Positions 1 through 9,624 of a DNA stretch of 64,000 nucleotides are shown here, piece by piece. The position numbers were made by a program, and so were the translations under genes. Positions within the stretch are counted from its first letter, which is position 1, and the number at the start of each line of letters is the position of its first letter. The DNA comes from an uncultured Acidimicrobiaceae bacterium (GTDB lineage: Bacteria > Actinomycetota > Acidimicrobiia > Spongiisociales > UBA5794). Under the pieces are notes generated by a model. The model did no database searches and was not told where the DNA came from. It saw only the letters and a program-made list of their open reading frames with translations. The stretch lies in NCBI GenBank assembly GCA_947259365.1, contig CAMYMC010000026.1:75162-139161 (forward strand), written 5' to 3'.

Positions 1-472
1 GCCGCTCGACCGGGAGCTCGACATGTGCGAGGAGCTCGGCGACATGACGATCCGGGGGATCCTCGATCGCGTCGAAGACGGCCCGGACGGTCTCGTCATC
101 ACCGACTACAAGACGGGGACGGCTCCACCGCAGCGCTTCGCGCTGCCGGCGTTCTTCGCCCTCAAGATCTACGCCCTCCTCCTCAGGGCGCGCACCGGGG
201 CGACGCCGCGAGCATTGCGCCTCCTCTATCTCAACGGACCCACCGAATACACGCTCGAGATCACCGACACACAGCTCGACGCCATGGAGCGCCAGCTCGA
301 AGCGCTGTGGTCCGCGATCGAGCGCGCCATCACCACCGCGACGTACCCGCCGCGTGTGTCCCGTCTCTGTGACTACTGCCAATACCGCGATCGGTGCCCC
401 GCATTCTCCGGAGGGGACCCGGGCCGGATGGACGAAGACGCGGCGCCGATCGGCGTTGCGGCTCAGGGGTAG
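1..472 (+). CDS. C-terminal part of a RecB-family (PD-(D/E)XK) nuclease-domain protein; the 5' end lies upstream of the window
   Basis: ORF runs in from the window edge. DYK nuclease motif (ITDYKTG) followed by a C-terminal Cys cluster (CDYCQYRDRCP), as in AdnA/AdnB/AddB-type nuclease domains. Confidence 0.5.
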   Translation, partial: PLDRELDMCEELGDMTIRGILDRVEDGPDGLVITDYKTGTAPPQRFALPAFFALKIYALLLRARTGATPRALRLLYLNGPTEYTLEITDTQLDAMERQLEALWSAIERAITTATYPPRVSRLCDYCQYRDRCPAFSGGDPGRMDEDAAPIGVAAQG

Positions 473-1737
473 ACACCGCGGGCGAGCTTTGCCGAGGCGA
501 CCCGCTCGATGCCCTTGATGAGCGCTGCGGTCCGCATGCTGACGCCGCGGCTCGTCGCGATCTGGAGCACGTCCGAGAACGCCCGGTTCATGATCTCGCG
601 CAACCGGCCGACGATCTCGGATTCGGACCAGAAGTAGTTCTGCAGGTCCTGGACCCACTCGAAGTACGAGACCGTGACGCCGCCCGCGTTGGCGAGCACA
701 TCTGGCACGACGAACACCCCGCCGTCGGTGAGGAGCGTGTCGGCCTCGGTCGTCGTCGGGCCGTTGGCTCCTTCGAGGATCACCCTGGCGCGGATGTCGG
801 CGGCGTTCTCCGCCGAGATCACTCCGCCGACCGCAGCGGGAATGAGGAACTCGCACTCGAGGCCGAGGAGCGCCTCCGGGGTGATCTCGTCGGCATCCCG
901 GTAGCCCTTCACACCCCCTTCGGCATCGGCGTGGCGCATGAGGGCCGAGATGTCGAACCCGCGATCGTCGTGAATGGCGCCGGTGATGTCGGAGACGGCG
1001 ACCACCTTGCAGCCGATCTCGGCGGCGGCAAGCGCGGCGTACCTCCCGACGTTGCCGAAGCCCTGGACGACGACCCGGGCGCCCTCGTAGGCCATGCCGA
1101 GATGGGATGCCACGGCCGGGACGAGGCTGACGAGACCTCGACCGGTCGCCTCGCGCCGCGCAACCGAGCCACCGAGCGACGGCGGCTTGCCGGTGACGAC
1201 CGCGGGCTCGGAATGGCCGACGTGGGTCGAGTACGTGTCCATGAGCCACGCCATGACCTGCTCGTTCGTCCCGAGATCGGGCGCGGGGATGTCCTGGTCG
1301 GGACCGATGAAGTTGATGATCTCCATCGTGTATCGCCGGGTGACCCTCTGCGCCTCGGCCCGGCTGAACGCGGTCGGGTCGACCCGGACCCCACCCTTGG
1401 CGCCGCCGAAGGGAAGCCCGACGATGGCGCACTTCCAGGTCATCAACATCGCCAGCGCCGCCACCTCACCGAGGTTGACATCCGGGGCGTAGCGGATGCC
1501 GCCCTTCGTAGGACCCATCGTCAGGAGGTGTTGCACCCGGTAGCCGAAGACCGTGTCGACGCGCCCGTATTCGTCGCGGCGAAACGGGAACGTGACGACG
1601 AGCGATCGTTGCGGGGTCCGGAGTCGGTCCTTGATGTTCGCGTCGAGGCTGATGAGGTCGGCGACTTGTTCGAACTGAGCGAGCGATTCCCGGTAGAGCG
1701 GAGAGTCCCACTCCATGGACATCGTGTCGTCGGCCAC
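463..1737 (-). CDS. gdhA: NAD(P)-dependent glutamate dehydrogenase (Glu/Leu/Phe/Val dehydrogenase family)
   Basis: 424 aa. Matches GDH family along the whole length, including the GGAKGG-type glycine-rich motif and the QGFGNVG Rossmann motif. Confidence 0.9.
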   Translation of the reverse strand: MADDTMSMEWDSPLYRESLAQFEQVADLISLDANIKDRLRTPQRSLVVTFPFRRDEYGRVDTVFGYRVQHLLTMGPTKGGIRYAPDVNLGEVAALAMLMTWKCAIVGLPFGGAKGGVRVDPTAFSRAEAQRVTRRYTMEIINFIGPDQDIPAPDLGTNEQVMAWLMDTYSTHVGHSEPAVVTGKPPSLGGSVARREATGRGLVSLVPAVASHLGMAYEGARVVVQGFGNVGRYAALAAAEIGCKVVAVSDITGAIHDDRGFDISALMRHADAEGGVKGYRDADEITPEALLGLECEFLIPAAVGGVISAENAADIRARVILEGANGPTTTEADTLLTDGGVFVVPDVLANAGGVTVSYFEWVQDLQNYFWSESEIVGRLREIMNRAFSDVLQIATSRGVSMRTAALIKGIERVASAKLARGVYP

Positions 1738-1785
1738 CTTGCTCCCTCCTCCGGCGATGCCGCGGGTACGCTACTTCGCGGTGCC

Positions 1786-2283
1786 ATGGCAGGCGAAGGA
1801 CGCGACCCCACACCGACCATCTACACCGTGGGCCACGGGCGCGACTCGTTCGAGGACCTCGTCACCCGCTGCGAAGCTCACGGCGTGCGCATCATCGCGG
1901 ACGTGCGGAGCCAGCCGTACTCGCGCCACGCACCGGATTTCGTCAAGGCCAGGCTCGAGATGCTCTGCGCCGAGCGCGGCCTCGGGTACCGCTGGCTCGG
2001 CGCAACCCTCGGCGGGAGACCTCGCGATCGCGCCGTCCTCGACGAAGACGGGGCCCCCGATCACGAGCTGATGGGGCGCTCGGCTCGCTTCGAGGCGGGG
2101 CTGACGGAGCTCGAGGGCCTGGTCGACACCGGGGTCGTCGCCCTCCTCTGCGCGGAGACCGACCCGTGGGGCTGTCATCGGACACGGCTCATCGCTCCCG
2201 CGCTCATCTCCCGGGGTGCCCGGGTGCTGCACATCGTGCCCGGCGGCGCCGCGCTCGCCCATCAGCCATCGCTCGGGCTCTGA
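1786..2283 (+). CDS. DUF488 family protein
   Basis: 165 aa from the ATG at 1786, which lies inside a long spurious track ORF. The true start is 48 bp from the divergent gdh start. Confidence 0.55.
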   Translation: MAGEGRDPTPTIYTVGHGRDSFEDLVTRCEAHGVRIIADVRSQPYSRHAPDFVKARLEMLCAERGLGYRWLGATLGGRPRDRAVLDEDGAPDHELMGRSARFEAGLTELEGLVDTGVVALLCAETDPWGCHRTRLIAPALISRGARVLHIVPGGAALAHQPSLGL

Positions 2284-2324
2284 CCGCCCAGCAACCCGTC
2301 GCACCCCCGCGATAGCGTGAGCTC

Positions 2325-5306
2325 GTGAGACGCGGAGACACCACGGAGCCGACACCCGAGGTGCGGGTCGACCCGGAGGGATGGGCCGCCGCGGTGGCGG
2401 ACGTCGCCGGGCCCCAGATCGTCGTCGGGGGCCCCGGCACCGGAAAGTCGGAGTTCCTGGTTCGGCGCCTCGTGCACCTGCTCGAGGCGCGCGACGTCGA
2501 CCCGGCGCGGACCCTCGTTCTCAGTTTTGGCCGTCGGGGCGTTGCCGACCTCGCCATGCGGGTGCGCTCCAGCCTGTCGCGAACCGTGGGGCGGCTCGAC
2601 ATCGCGACGTTCCACTCGTACGCCCTCCGCCTCGTCGAGGCTGCCGGCGTCGAGCGGGGACGGCACCGGCCGCCCCAGATCCTCACCGGGCCCGAGCAGA
2701 CCGCCCTCGTTCGCGAGCTCCTCGCCGGCGAGGACCCGACGAGCTGGTCGCCGGCGGTGCGCCCGCTGCTGTCGACCCGGACGTTCGCCGCCGAGGTCAC
2801 CGACTTCATTCTCCGGGTGAACGAGCAACTCATCGACGACGCGGCTCTGGGTCAGCGCGCCTCCCGGCGCCAGGACTGGAGGGGGCTCGCCGGGTTCATC
2901 GCGCGCTACCGCCGGGAGCTGGAACGCCGCGACCGCATCGACTACGGCCACATCCTCGTCGAAGCCGTGCGGATCCTCGACGAAGGCGCTCGCCCCGCAC
3001 CGGCGCCGGAGTACGTGCTCGTCGACGAATACCAGGACACGACCGCGGCGCAGGCAGCGCTCCTCGAGCGATTGGTGGAACCGGGATGCAACCTCACCGT
3101 CGCCGGCGACCCCCACCAGTCCATCTACTCGTTCCGCGGTGCCCGCCTCGGGGCGATCGGCGGTTTCACATCCGAGTTCGGATCGCCAGATCATCCGGCG
3201 CGCCGGTTCGTGCTCACAACGTCGTTCCGAACTCCGGCCCGAATCCTCCAGGCGGCGAGCACGGTGATCGCCGGCTCCGATCCGCCCGGTGGGCCCGGTC
3301 CGGTGATCCCGGCCCGTGGACGCGGGCGAGTCGACGTCCACGTCTTCGATCAGCAAACGGCCGAGGCGGAGTGGGTCGCCGCCGAGATCGCGCGACTCCA
3401 CCTCTCCGAGCGCATCCCTCTGTCGGCCATCGGGGTGTTCGTCCGCTCCAAGCGACGGTTCCTCGCCGAGATGTCACGGGCACTCGATCGGAGACGGATC
3501 CCCCACGACGACCCCGACGCCAGGCTCGCCGAGCAGCCTGCGGTCCGCTTCGTCCTCGACGCAGTCCGGGCGGCGACGGGGCGGGACGGCCCTGCCGCGA
3601 CCGATCGGGCGGTGCGGCGGCTCCTCCTCGGGCAAGTCGTCGCGCTGTCCCTCGGCAGGCTCCGCGACGTGGAGCGCGTCATGGTCCGCATGGAGGCGGG
3701 ATGGCCCGACTCGATCCGCAGAATCGCCCCGGAGGCCACCGCGGTCGCCGAACTCGTCGAGGATCCCTCCTGGGCGGTGGCGGCGCCTGCCGTCGACGGG
3801 TTCTGGAGGGTGTGGTCCGGCCTCCCTCAGCTCGAGGCCGTCGTCACGGACCCCGCCCGGCGGGACGAGCGGGCGGCGTGGACCTCACTCGCCCAGGTGC
3901 TGACCCGGTGGAACGAACGCAGCCCGGAGGCCACCCTCGAGGAATACCTCCGCCTTCTCGAGGACGAGGAGTTCGAAGCCCGCCCCCTCCTGAGCTACCG
4001 GCGACCCGAGGACGAGCGGGTCGCGCTCACGACGCTCCACCAGTCGAAGGGCCTCGAATTCGACATCGTGTTCATCTGCGACGCCGTCGATGGTGTGTTC
4101 CCCGACCTGCGGGCACGCGACAGCCTCCTCGGCACCCGGCACCTGCTCCCCGACGTCCCCGAGGACGCGGTCGGGTATCGGTCGTTCCGACTCCAAGAGG
4201 AGCGACGGCTCGCCTACACCGCCATGGGGCGGGCCCTCCGCCGTGTCGTGTGGACGGCGACTTCGACCGGGTTCGAGGACGGTCGAGGGGTACCGAGCCG
4301 CTTCCTCTCGTCCGTCGCTGGCTCGGGCGAGGCAGCCCCCGGGCCGCCCCCGGAGCGGGAGGAGCCGGTGACGCTCCAGGAGGCGGAGGCGTACCTCCGG
4401 CGCACCCTCGCCGATCCGGCGGCGCCGCCGCCGTTGCGGCTGGCGGCGCTGTCTGCGCTCGCAGGCGGGCCCGAGCGCGGTTTCCGGCAAGCCGAGTGGA
4501 TTCCCGGCGTCCGCGAGCGCGGGCCGGATGTCGGCCTCGTGCCCCGGGGAGCCCGGTTGTCGCCGACCCAGGCGGAGAGCTACGACACCTGCCCGCGTCG
4601 CTATGCGCTCGAGCGGAGGCTGAGGATCGGAGAACAGAGCTCGCTCTACGCAGACTTCGGGAGCGTCGTCCACGAGGTCCTCGAGCGGGTCGAACGCGAG
4701 GCGATCGAACAGGGCCACGACCGCAGCGCCCTCGAGGACGCCATCGCGGTTTTCGATCGTGTCTTCCCGGTCGAGAGGTTCGGCGGCGGCGTCTTTGCCG
4801 CCGCGTGGCGCAGCCGGGGGCACCGGCTTCTCGAGCACCTCTACACCACGTGGCCGGCATGGGGCGTCGTCGTCGGCCTCGAGCACCCGCTCACCCTCGA
4901 CGTCGCCGGGAGCGCCTGGGTGGGAAGGGCGGACCGGATCGAGGCGCGGGACGGCAAGCTGAAGATCATCGACTACAAGACCGGGAAGTCGGCCATCGCG
5001 ATCGATGAGGCCGCCGAGTCCATCCAGCTCGGCTTCTACCTCCTCGCCGCGGCCGCCGACGCCGACATGAGGGCGCACGGCGAGCCGGCCGCCGCCGAGA
5101 TGTGGTATCCGGCGGCCGAAGCGAAGAGCCTCATCACCCGGGCGTTCGACCCGGCACGACTCGCCGACGTCCCGGCGCGTCTCGCCGCCGTGGCCGCGGG
5201 CATCACCCGGGAACAATGGCCTCCGTCGCCGAACCGATGGTGCGACCGCTGCAGCGTGCGCCTCGTGTGCCCGGCGTGGCCCGAGGGCGGGGAGGCGTTC
5301 GCGTGA
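2325..5306 (+). CDS. adnA: ATP-dependent helicase-nuclease, AdnA-like (UvrD-type motor plus C-terminal RecB nuclease with Cys cluster)
   Basis: GTG start. Walker A GPGTGKS near the N-terminus and UvrD/PcrA helicase motifs. C-terminal IDYKTGKS nuclease motif and CDRCSVRLVCP Cys cluster. Confidence 0.75.
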   Translation: MRRGDTTEPTPEVRVDPEGWAAAVADVAGPQIVVGGPGTGKSEFLVRRLVHLLEARDVDPARTLVLSFGRRGVADLAMRVRSSLSRTVGRLDIATFHSYALRLVEAAGVERGRHRPPQILTGPEQTALVRELLAGEDPTSWSPAVRPLLSTRTFAAEVTDFILRVNEQLIDDAALGQRASRRQDWRGLAGFIARYRRELERRDRIDYGHILVEAVRILDEGARPAPAPEYVLVDEYQDTTAAQAALLERLVEPGCNLTVAGDPHQSIYSFRGARLGAIGGFTSEFGSPDHPARRFVLTTSFRTPARILQAASTVIAGSDPPGGPGPVIPARGRGRVDVHVFDQQTAEAEWVAAEIARLHLSERIPLSAIGVFVRSKRRFLAEMSRALDRRRIPHDDPDARLAEQPAVRFVLDAVRAATGRDGPAATDRAVRRLLLGQVVALSLGRLRDVERVMVRMEAGWPDSIRRIAPEATAVAELVEDPSWAVAAPAVDGFWRVWSGLPQLEAVVTDPARRDERAAWTSLAQVLTRWNERSPEATLEEYLRLLEDEEFEARPLLSYRRPEDERVALTTLHQSKGLEFDIVFICDAVDGVFPDLRARDSLLGTRHLLPDVPEDAVGYRSFRLQEERRLAYTAMGRALRRVVWTATSTGFEDGRGVPSRFLSSVAGSGEAAPGPPPEREEPVTLQEAEAYLRRTLADPAAPPPLRLAALSALAGGPERGFRQAEWIPGVRERGPDVGLVPRGARLSPTQAESYDTCPRRYALERRLRIGEQSSLYADFGSVVHEVLERVEREAIEQGHDRSALEDAIAVFDRVFPVERFGGGVFAAAWRSRGHRLLEHLYTTWPAWGVVVGLEHPLTLDVAGSAWVGRADRIEARDGKLKIIDYKTGKSAIAIDEAAESIQLGFYLLAAAADADMRAHGEPAAAEMWYPAAEAKSLITRAFDPARLADVPARLAAVAAGITREQWPPSPNRWCDRCSVRLVCPAWPEGGEAFA

Positions 5307-8300
5307 CGGGCGACACCTCCCTCGTGCTCACGCCGGAACAGCGGGCGGTCGTGGATCACCCCCTCGAGCCGCTGCGCGTCGTCGCCGGCGCCGGCACCGG
5401 GAAGACGACGACCGTCGTCGCCCGGATCGCGGCGAAGGTCGCCTCTGGTCTCGAGCCGGAGACGGTGCTCGGCTTGACGTTCACGAACAAGGCCGCCGAG
5501 GAGCTCGGCGACAAGGTGCGCCGTGCGCTCCCCAGCCACACCGCGGACGGACGGGAAGCGGAGGTCACGACCTACCACGGGTTCGCCGCGAGCTTGCTTC
5601 AAGAGTTCGGAGCGCTCGTCGGCGTCGAGCGTGGCGCCGACCTCATCGGCCCCGGCTACACCCGACAGCTCCTCTACGAGAGCCTCGCCACCGACGCGTA
5701 TCACGCCCTGGACCTCACTGCGCCGGCCAACAGGGTCAACGACGCCGCAGTCCTGGCGCGCGGCCTCGCCGACAACTTGGCTGCCGCCGGTGATCTCCGC
5801 ACCGCTGCAACCGACCGCTCCGACCCCGTGTGGGCGGCGCGGCTCGAGCTCGCCGGCATCGTGGAGCGCTACGACGATGCGAAGCGCCGCCTCGGAGCGC
5901 TCGACTACGGCGACCTCGTCCGTCTCGCCTGCGAGCTCGTGACGACCCACGGCGAGATGCGTACCCGTATCCGGTCGCGCTACGAGCTCCTCGTCCTCGA
6001 CGAGTACCAGGACACCGATCCGGCGCAGCGCACCCTCCTCCAGGCGATCTTCGGCGACGGCTTCCCGGTGACGGCCGTCGGCGACGAGGACCAGACCATC
6101 TACGAGTGGCGGGGAGCTTCGACCGCGAACTTCCACGGGTTCCCCACGGACTTCCCCCGCCGCGACGGCACGCCGGCGCCGACCAAGCGCCTCACCCTCA
6201 ACCGGCGATCCGGGCCCGAGATCCTCGCCGTCGCCAACGCCGTCCGGACGCGGCTCCACGACGATCCCGGCCCGGGGACGCTGCGCCCCGTGGAGCAGGC
6301 ACCTGAGGGGTCCGTCGAGCTGCGTCTCGTCAGATCCGCCGACGAGGAGGCCTCGTGGATCGCAGACGAGGTGGTCCGCCGCCACGACGAGGACGGCGTC
6401 GCCTGGGGTGAGATCGCCGTGCTCTTCCGCAAGAACCGGCACATGGCCGTCATCCGTGACGCGCTCGAGGCTGCGGGCGTCCCCGTCGAGGTCGCGTCGC
6501 TTGGCGGGCTGCTGAGCGTGCCCCACGTCGCCGATCTCCACGCCTGGTTACGACTCCTCTCCCGGCCCGACGACTCGGCCGCGCTCGCCAGGATCGTGCT
6601 CGGCGGGCCGTACCGCCTCGGGCTCGGCGATCTCGCCCCGCTCGCCGCCTGGATCCGCGACGAACGCCGAGGCGTCGCAGACGACGACGGCCCCGGCTGG
6701 CCGCTCGTCGAGGCCATCGACCGCCTCGACGAGGTGCCGCGGCTCGCTCCTGAGGCCGAGGTCAGGCTCGAGGAGTTCGCGTCCGTGTACCGGGAGCTTC
6801 TCGTCGCCGCCCAGGCGGTCACTCTCGCCGAGCTGTGCCGTCGCATCCTCGACGCCACCCGGGTGTGGACCGAGGTCGATGGGCTCGAGCACGCCGCCCG
6901 GGTCAGCGCCAGGCTCAACCTCTACCGGTTCCTGGACCTGGCCGAGGAGTGGAGCCCGCTTCGCGGCGGGCCGTCCCTCGAGGCGTTCCTCGGCTATCTC
7001 GACATGCTCGTCGAGGACCAGGCGACCGACGAGCTCGACACGGCCCGGCTGTCGGGCGAGGACGCGGTGGCGCTGCTCACCGTGCACCGGGCCAAGGGCC
7101 TCGAGTGGGACACGGTGGTCCTCCCCGCCCTCGCCCGGTCGGTGTTCCCCGCCGGTGTCCGCCGCCTCGACGATCCCGAGCGACACGCTTGCTCGCTGCC
7201 GTACGAGAACCGTCTCGACGTGGGACGCTTCTCGGGCGACGGCGGCCCCCCCGACCGCGACGCGTTGCGCGCCATGCACGAAGCCGAGGAGTGGCGCACC
7301 GCCTACGTCGCGGTCACGAGGGCGAAGCACCGCCTCGTCATGACGACCGCGTGGTGGTACACCCAGAAGCGCCACCACAAGGTCGGCGATCTCTATCTCC
7401 TCGCCAGCGGGGTGCCGGGCGTGGTCGAGAGCGTCGCCGCCGCCGAGCCGGGCCCGGCGCCGGAGCGGCTCTCCCCCGCCCCGATCCCTGCCCCGGATCC
7501 GCTCTTCCCCGACGGTTGGCAGGCGGCGATGCGCCGTACCCTGGCCGATCCCTCCTGGCCGTTGCGCCACGGCGGTGTCGATCCCGCCGCATACCATGGC
7601 GCCGTGGACCAGATCGAGCTGCTCCTCGAAGGCCTGCCCCGGCCGCCGCCAGCGGTTCCGGGGACCGCGGAGGCAGACGTCTCGGTGACGGGGCTCGTCA
7701 CGCTCGCCCAGTGTCCGCGACGATTCGAGTGGACCGCGATCGATCCGCTGCCCCGGCGGCGCTCCCCGGCGCAGCGGCGCGGCGTCGAGCTCCACCGTCT
7801 CATCGAGCTCCACAACCTCGGTCAGGTGCCGTTCGATGAGCTCGAAGACGATCTCTACGACCAGCCCGAGCCGGGAGCCGACGAGCGCATCGGCGACGGT
7901 TTCGATGCCTTTCTCGCCAGCGCCTACGCCGGCGCTCGCCCCCGCTGGACCGAGACGCCGATCGACATCCGGCTCGACGCAGGCAGGGTCCGGGGCCGGA
8001 TCGATGCCGTCTACGAGCGCAGCGACGGATCATGGGAGATCGTCGACTTCAAGTCGGGGAGGAGGTCGGACGACCCGGCGCGAAAGGTGCAGCTCCAGGC
8101 GTACGCGGTGGCGGTGGCCTCCGGCGCACTCGATCCGACACCGGCGTCCCGCCTCTCCGTGAGCTTCGTCTACCTCGGCGGCGGGATCGTCGACGTCGAG
8201 CGCGAGGACGTCGATGCCGCCTGGATCGAGCGGGCACGGACCGAGCTCGAGGAGCTGCTCGCCGGCGTGCATCGGGACGAGTACGAACCTGCGCCGGGAC

Positions 8301-8377
8301 CAGGGTGCGCCAGCTGCGACTTCGTGTCGTTCTGCGACGAGGGCCGCGCCCACCTCGAGGCCGCGGCGACGCCCTGA
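5303..8377 (+). CDS. adnB: ATP-dependent helicase-nuclease, AdnB-like
   Basis: GTG at 5303 overlaps the adnA TGA (GTGA, 4-nt overlap). Walker A AGAGTGKT, UvrD helicase motifs, C-terminal VDFKSG nuclease motif and CASCDFVSFC Cys cluster. Confidence 0.75.
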   Translation: MTGDTSLVLTPEQRAVVDHPLEPLRVVAGAGTGKTTTVVARIAAKVASGLEPETVLGLTFTNKAAEELGDKVRRALPSHTADGREAEVTTYHGFAASLLQEFGALVGVERGADLIGPGYTRQLLYESLATDAYHALDLTAPANRVNDAAVLARGLADNLAAAGDLRTAATDRSDPVWAARLELAGIVERYDDAKRRLGALDYGDLVRLACELVTTHGEMRTRIRSRYELLVLDEYQDTDPAQRTLLQAIFGDGFPVTAVGDEDQTIYEWRGASTANFHGFPTDFPRRDGTPAPTKRLTLNRRSGPEILAVANAVRTRLHDDPGPGTLRPVEQAPEGSVELRLVRSADEEASWIADEVVRRHDEDGVAWGEIAVLFRKNRHMAVIRDALEAAGVPVEVASLGGLLSVPHVADLHAWLRLLSRPDDSAALARIVLGGPYRLGLGDLAPLAAWIRDERRGVADDDGPGWPLVEAIDRLDEVPRLAPEAEVRLEEFASVYRELLVAAQAVTLAELCRRILDATRVWTEVDGLEHAARVSARLNLYRFLDLAEEWSPLRGGPSLEAFLGYLDMLVEDQATDELDTARLSGEDAVALLTVHRAKGLEWDTVVLPALARSVFPAGVRRLDDPERHACSLPYENRLDVGRFSGDGGPPDRDALRAMHEAEEWRTAYVAVTRAKHRLVMTTAWWYTQKRHHKVGDLYLLASGVPGVVESVAAAEPGPAPERLSPAPIPAPDPLFPDGWQAAMRRTLADPSWPLRHGGVDPAAYHGAVDQIELLLEGLPRPPPAVPGTAEADVSVTGLVTLAQCPRRFEWTAIDPLPRRRSPAQRRGVELHRLIELHNLGQVPFDELEDDLYDQPEPGADERIGDGFDAFLASAYAGARPRWTETPIDIRLDAGRVRGRIDAVYERSDGSWEIVDFKSGRRSDDPARKVQLQAYAVAVASGALDPTPASRLSVSFVYLGGGIVDVEREDVDAAWIERARTELEELLAGVHRDEYEPAPGPGCASCDFVSFCDEGRAHLEAAATP

Positions 8378-8404
8378 GCCCGCCCCCGGGCTGACGGGGC
8401 GCCG

Positions 8405-8860
8405 TCAGAGAACGGCACCACCGGTGACGTCGATGACGAGCGTGAACGGACCGTCGTTGACGAGTTCGATGCTCATCTGCTCCCCGAAGGCCCCGGTCTC
8501 GACGACGAGGCCAGATTCACGCAGCCGTTCGACGACCCGACCCACCAGCGGTGCAGCGGCTTCGGGCGACGCTGCAGCCGTGAACGAGGGCCGCCGTCCC
8601 TTGCGGGTCGACGCGAGCAGCGTGAACTGGCTCACCACGAGGACGGCACCGGGAAGCTCGAGCAGCGACCGGTTCGTCTTCCCCTCCTCGTCGGCGAACA
8701 CCCTCAGGCCGGCCAGCTTCCTGGCGAGGACGTCGGCATCGTCGTCGTCGTCGCCGGAGGCGACGCCGACGAGGACGAGAAGTCCGTGCCCGATGGATCC
8801 CACCGTCCGATCCCCCACCGTCACGGTGGCGTTACGGACCCGCTGGACGACTGCGCGCAT
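8405..8860 (-). CDS. dtd: D-aminoacyl-tRNA deacylase
   Basis: 151 aa from the internal ATG at 8860 ([15 protein letters not shown]..., SQFTL motif). The upstream 185 aa of the track ORF is Arg-rich non-coding extension. Confidence 0.85.
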   Translation of the reverse strand: MRAVVQRVRNATVTVGDRTVGSIGHGLLVLVGVASGDDDDDADVLARKLAGLRVFADEEGKTNRSLLELPGAVLVVSQFTLLASTRKGRRPSFTAAASPEAAAPLVGRVVERLRESGLVVETGAFGEQMSIELVNDGPFTLVIDVTGGAVL

Positions 8861-8934
8861 CGGGGGAATGTACCGAATATCGGTCGCGAGTCGATGACGC
8901 CGGACACCCATCGGTGGTTCCAGCCCACCGCCGC

Positions 8935-9435
8935 TCAATCGAGGGCGAGGCCCAGCCCTTCGAGGAACAGCGTCACGACGACTCCGGCGATGAGGATCCC
9001 GATGAAGATGAGCGGGATCGCCCGTCGCTTGTCGACACCGAAGACGATGGCCGCGAGCGATCCACTCCAGGCCCCGGTGACCGGGAGCGGGATGGCGACG
9101 AACGTGATCAGGGCGAGGTCGCGCAGCCTCTCGAAGCGCCTGCTGTGACGTTCTTCCGTGCGATGCTGGAGCCTGACCAGGGTCCTGTGGAGCCACTCCC
9201 AACGCCGCTCGGTCCACTCCACGAACGGCGGGAAGAACCAGAGGATGATCGGCACCGGGATCGCGTTGCCGAGCACCGACCATGCGTACGCCGACAACCG
9301 CGACATGTCGAAGATCGCCTGGGCGACGGGGATCGACCCGCGCAGCTCGATGATCGGCAACATGGCGAGAAGGACGACCATGAGCGGCTCCGGGAGCGGG
9401 AGATCGCGCACCCACTCCGTGATCGTGTCGCGCAT
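8935..9435 (-). CDS. small multidrug-export-like integral membrane protein (COG2426 / PF06695-like)
   Basis: 166 aa with 4 predicted TM helices. The start abuts the stop of the upstream 62-aa ORF. Confidence 0.5.
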   Translation of the reverse strand: MRDTITEWVRDLPLPEPLMVVLLAMLPIIELRGSIPVAQAIFDMSRLSAYAWSVLGNAIPVPIILWFFPPFVEWTERRWEWLHRTLVRLQHRTEERHSRRFERLRDLALITFVAIPLPVTGAWSGSLAAIVFGVDKRRAIPLIFIGILIAGVVVTLFLEGLGLALD

Positions 9436-9624
9436 CTACGTCTCCTCACCGATGCTCGGCTCGGGGCGTTCCTCCTCGGGACCCCGGTGGAAGGCGATGA
9501 TCGCATCTGCGACGTCGACGGCCGGTATCTCGTAGGCACCGAGTGCGATGGCGGCCTCGATCACGACGAGACGGGGCGAATGCAGTCCCGCCGCCTCGAC
9601 CGGCTTTTCGGGTGGGTCGGTCAC
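9436..9624 (-). CDS. hypothetical small protein (62 aa), translationally coupled to the CPA2 antiporter
   Basis: ATG overlaps the antiporter stop (ATGA). Its stop directly abuts the next gene start. No recognisable domain. Confidence 0.35.
   Translation of the reverse strand: MTDPPEKPVEAAGLHSPRLVVIEAAIALGAYEIPAVDVADAIIAFHRGPEEERPEPSIGEET

Noticed and set aside
394-1785. N-terminal 464 aa of the 629-aa plus-strand track ORF, antisense to gdhA
   Set aside because: Arg/Gly/Asp-rich with no family resemblance, and it overlaps the well-supported gdhA on the opposite strand. It is the usual high-GC frame artefact. Only the last 165 aa (DUF488) are coding.
2381-5008. 875-aa alternative-frame ORF inside adnA
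   Set aside because: Extreme Arg/Pro/Gly composition and no motifs. The adnA frame carries the Walker A, helicase and nuclease motifs.
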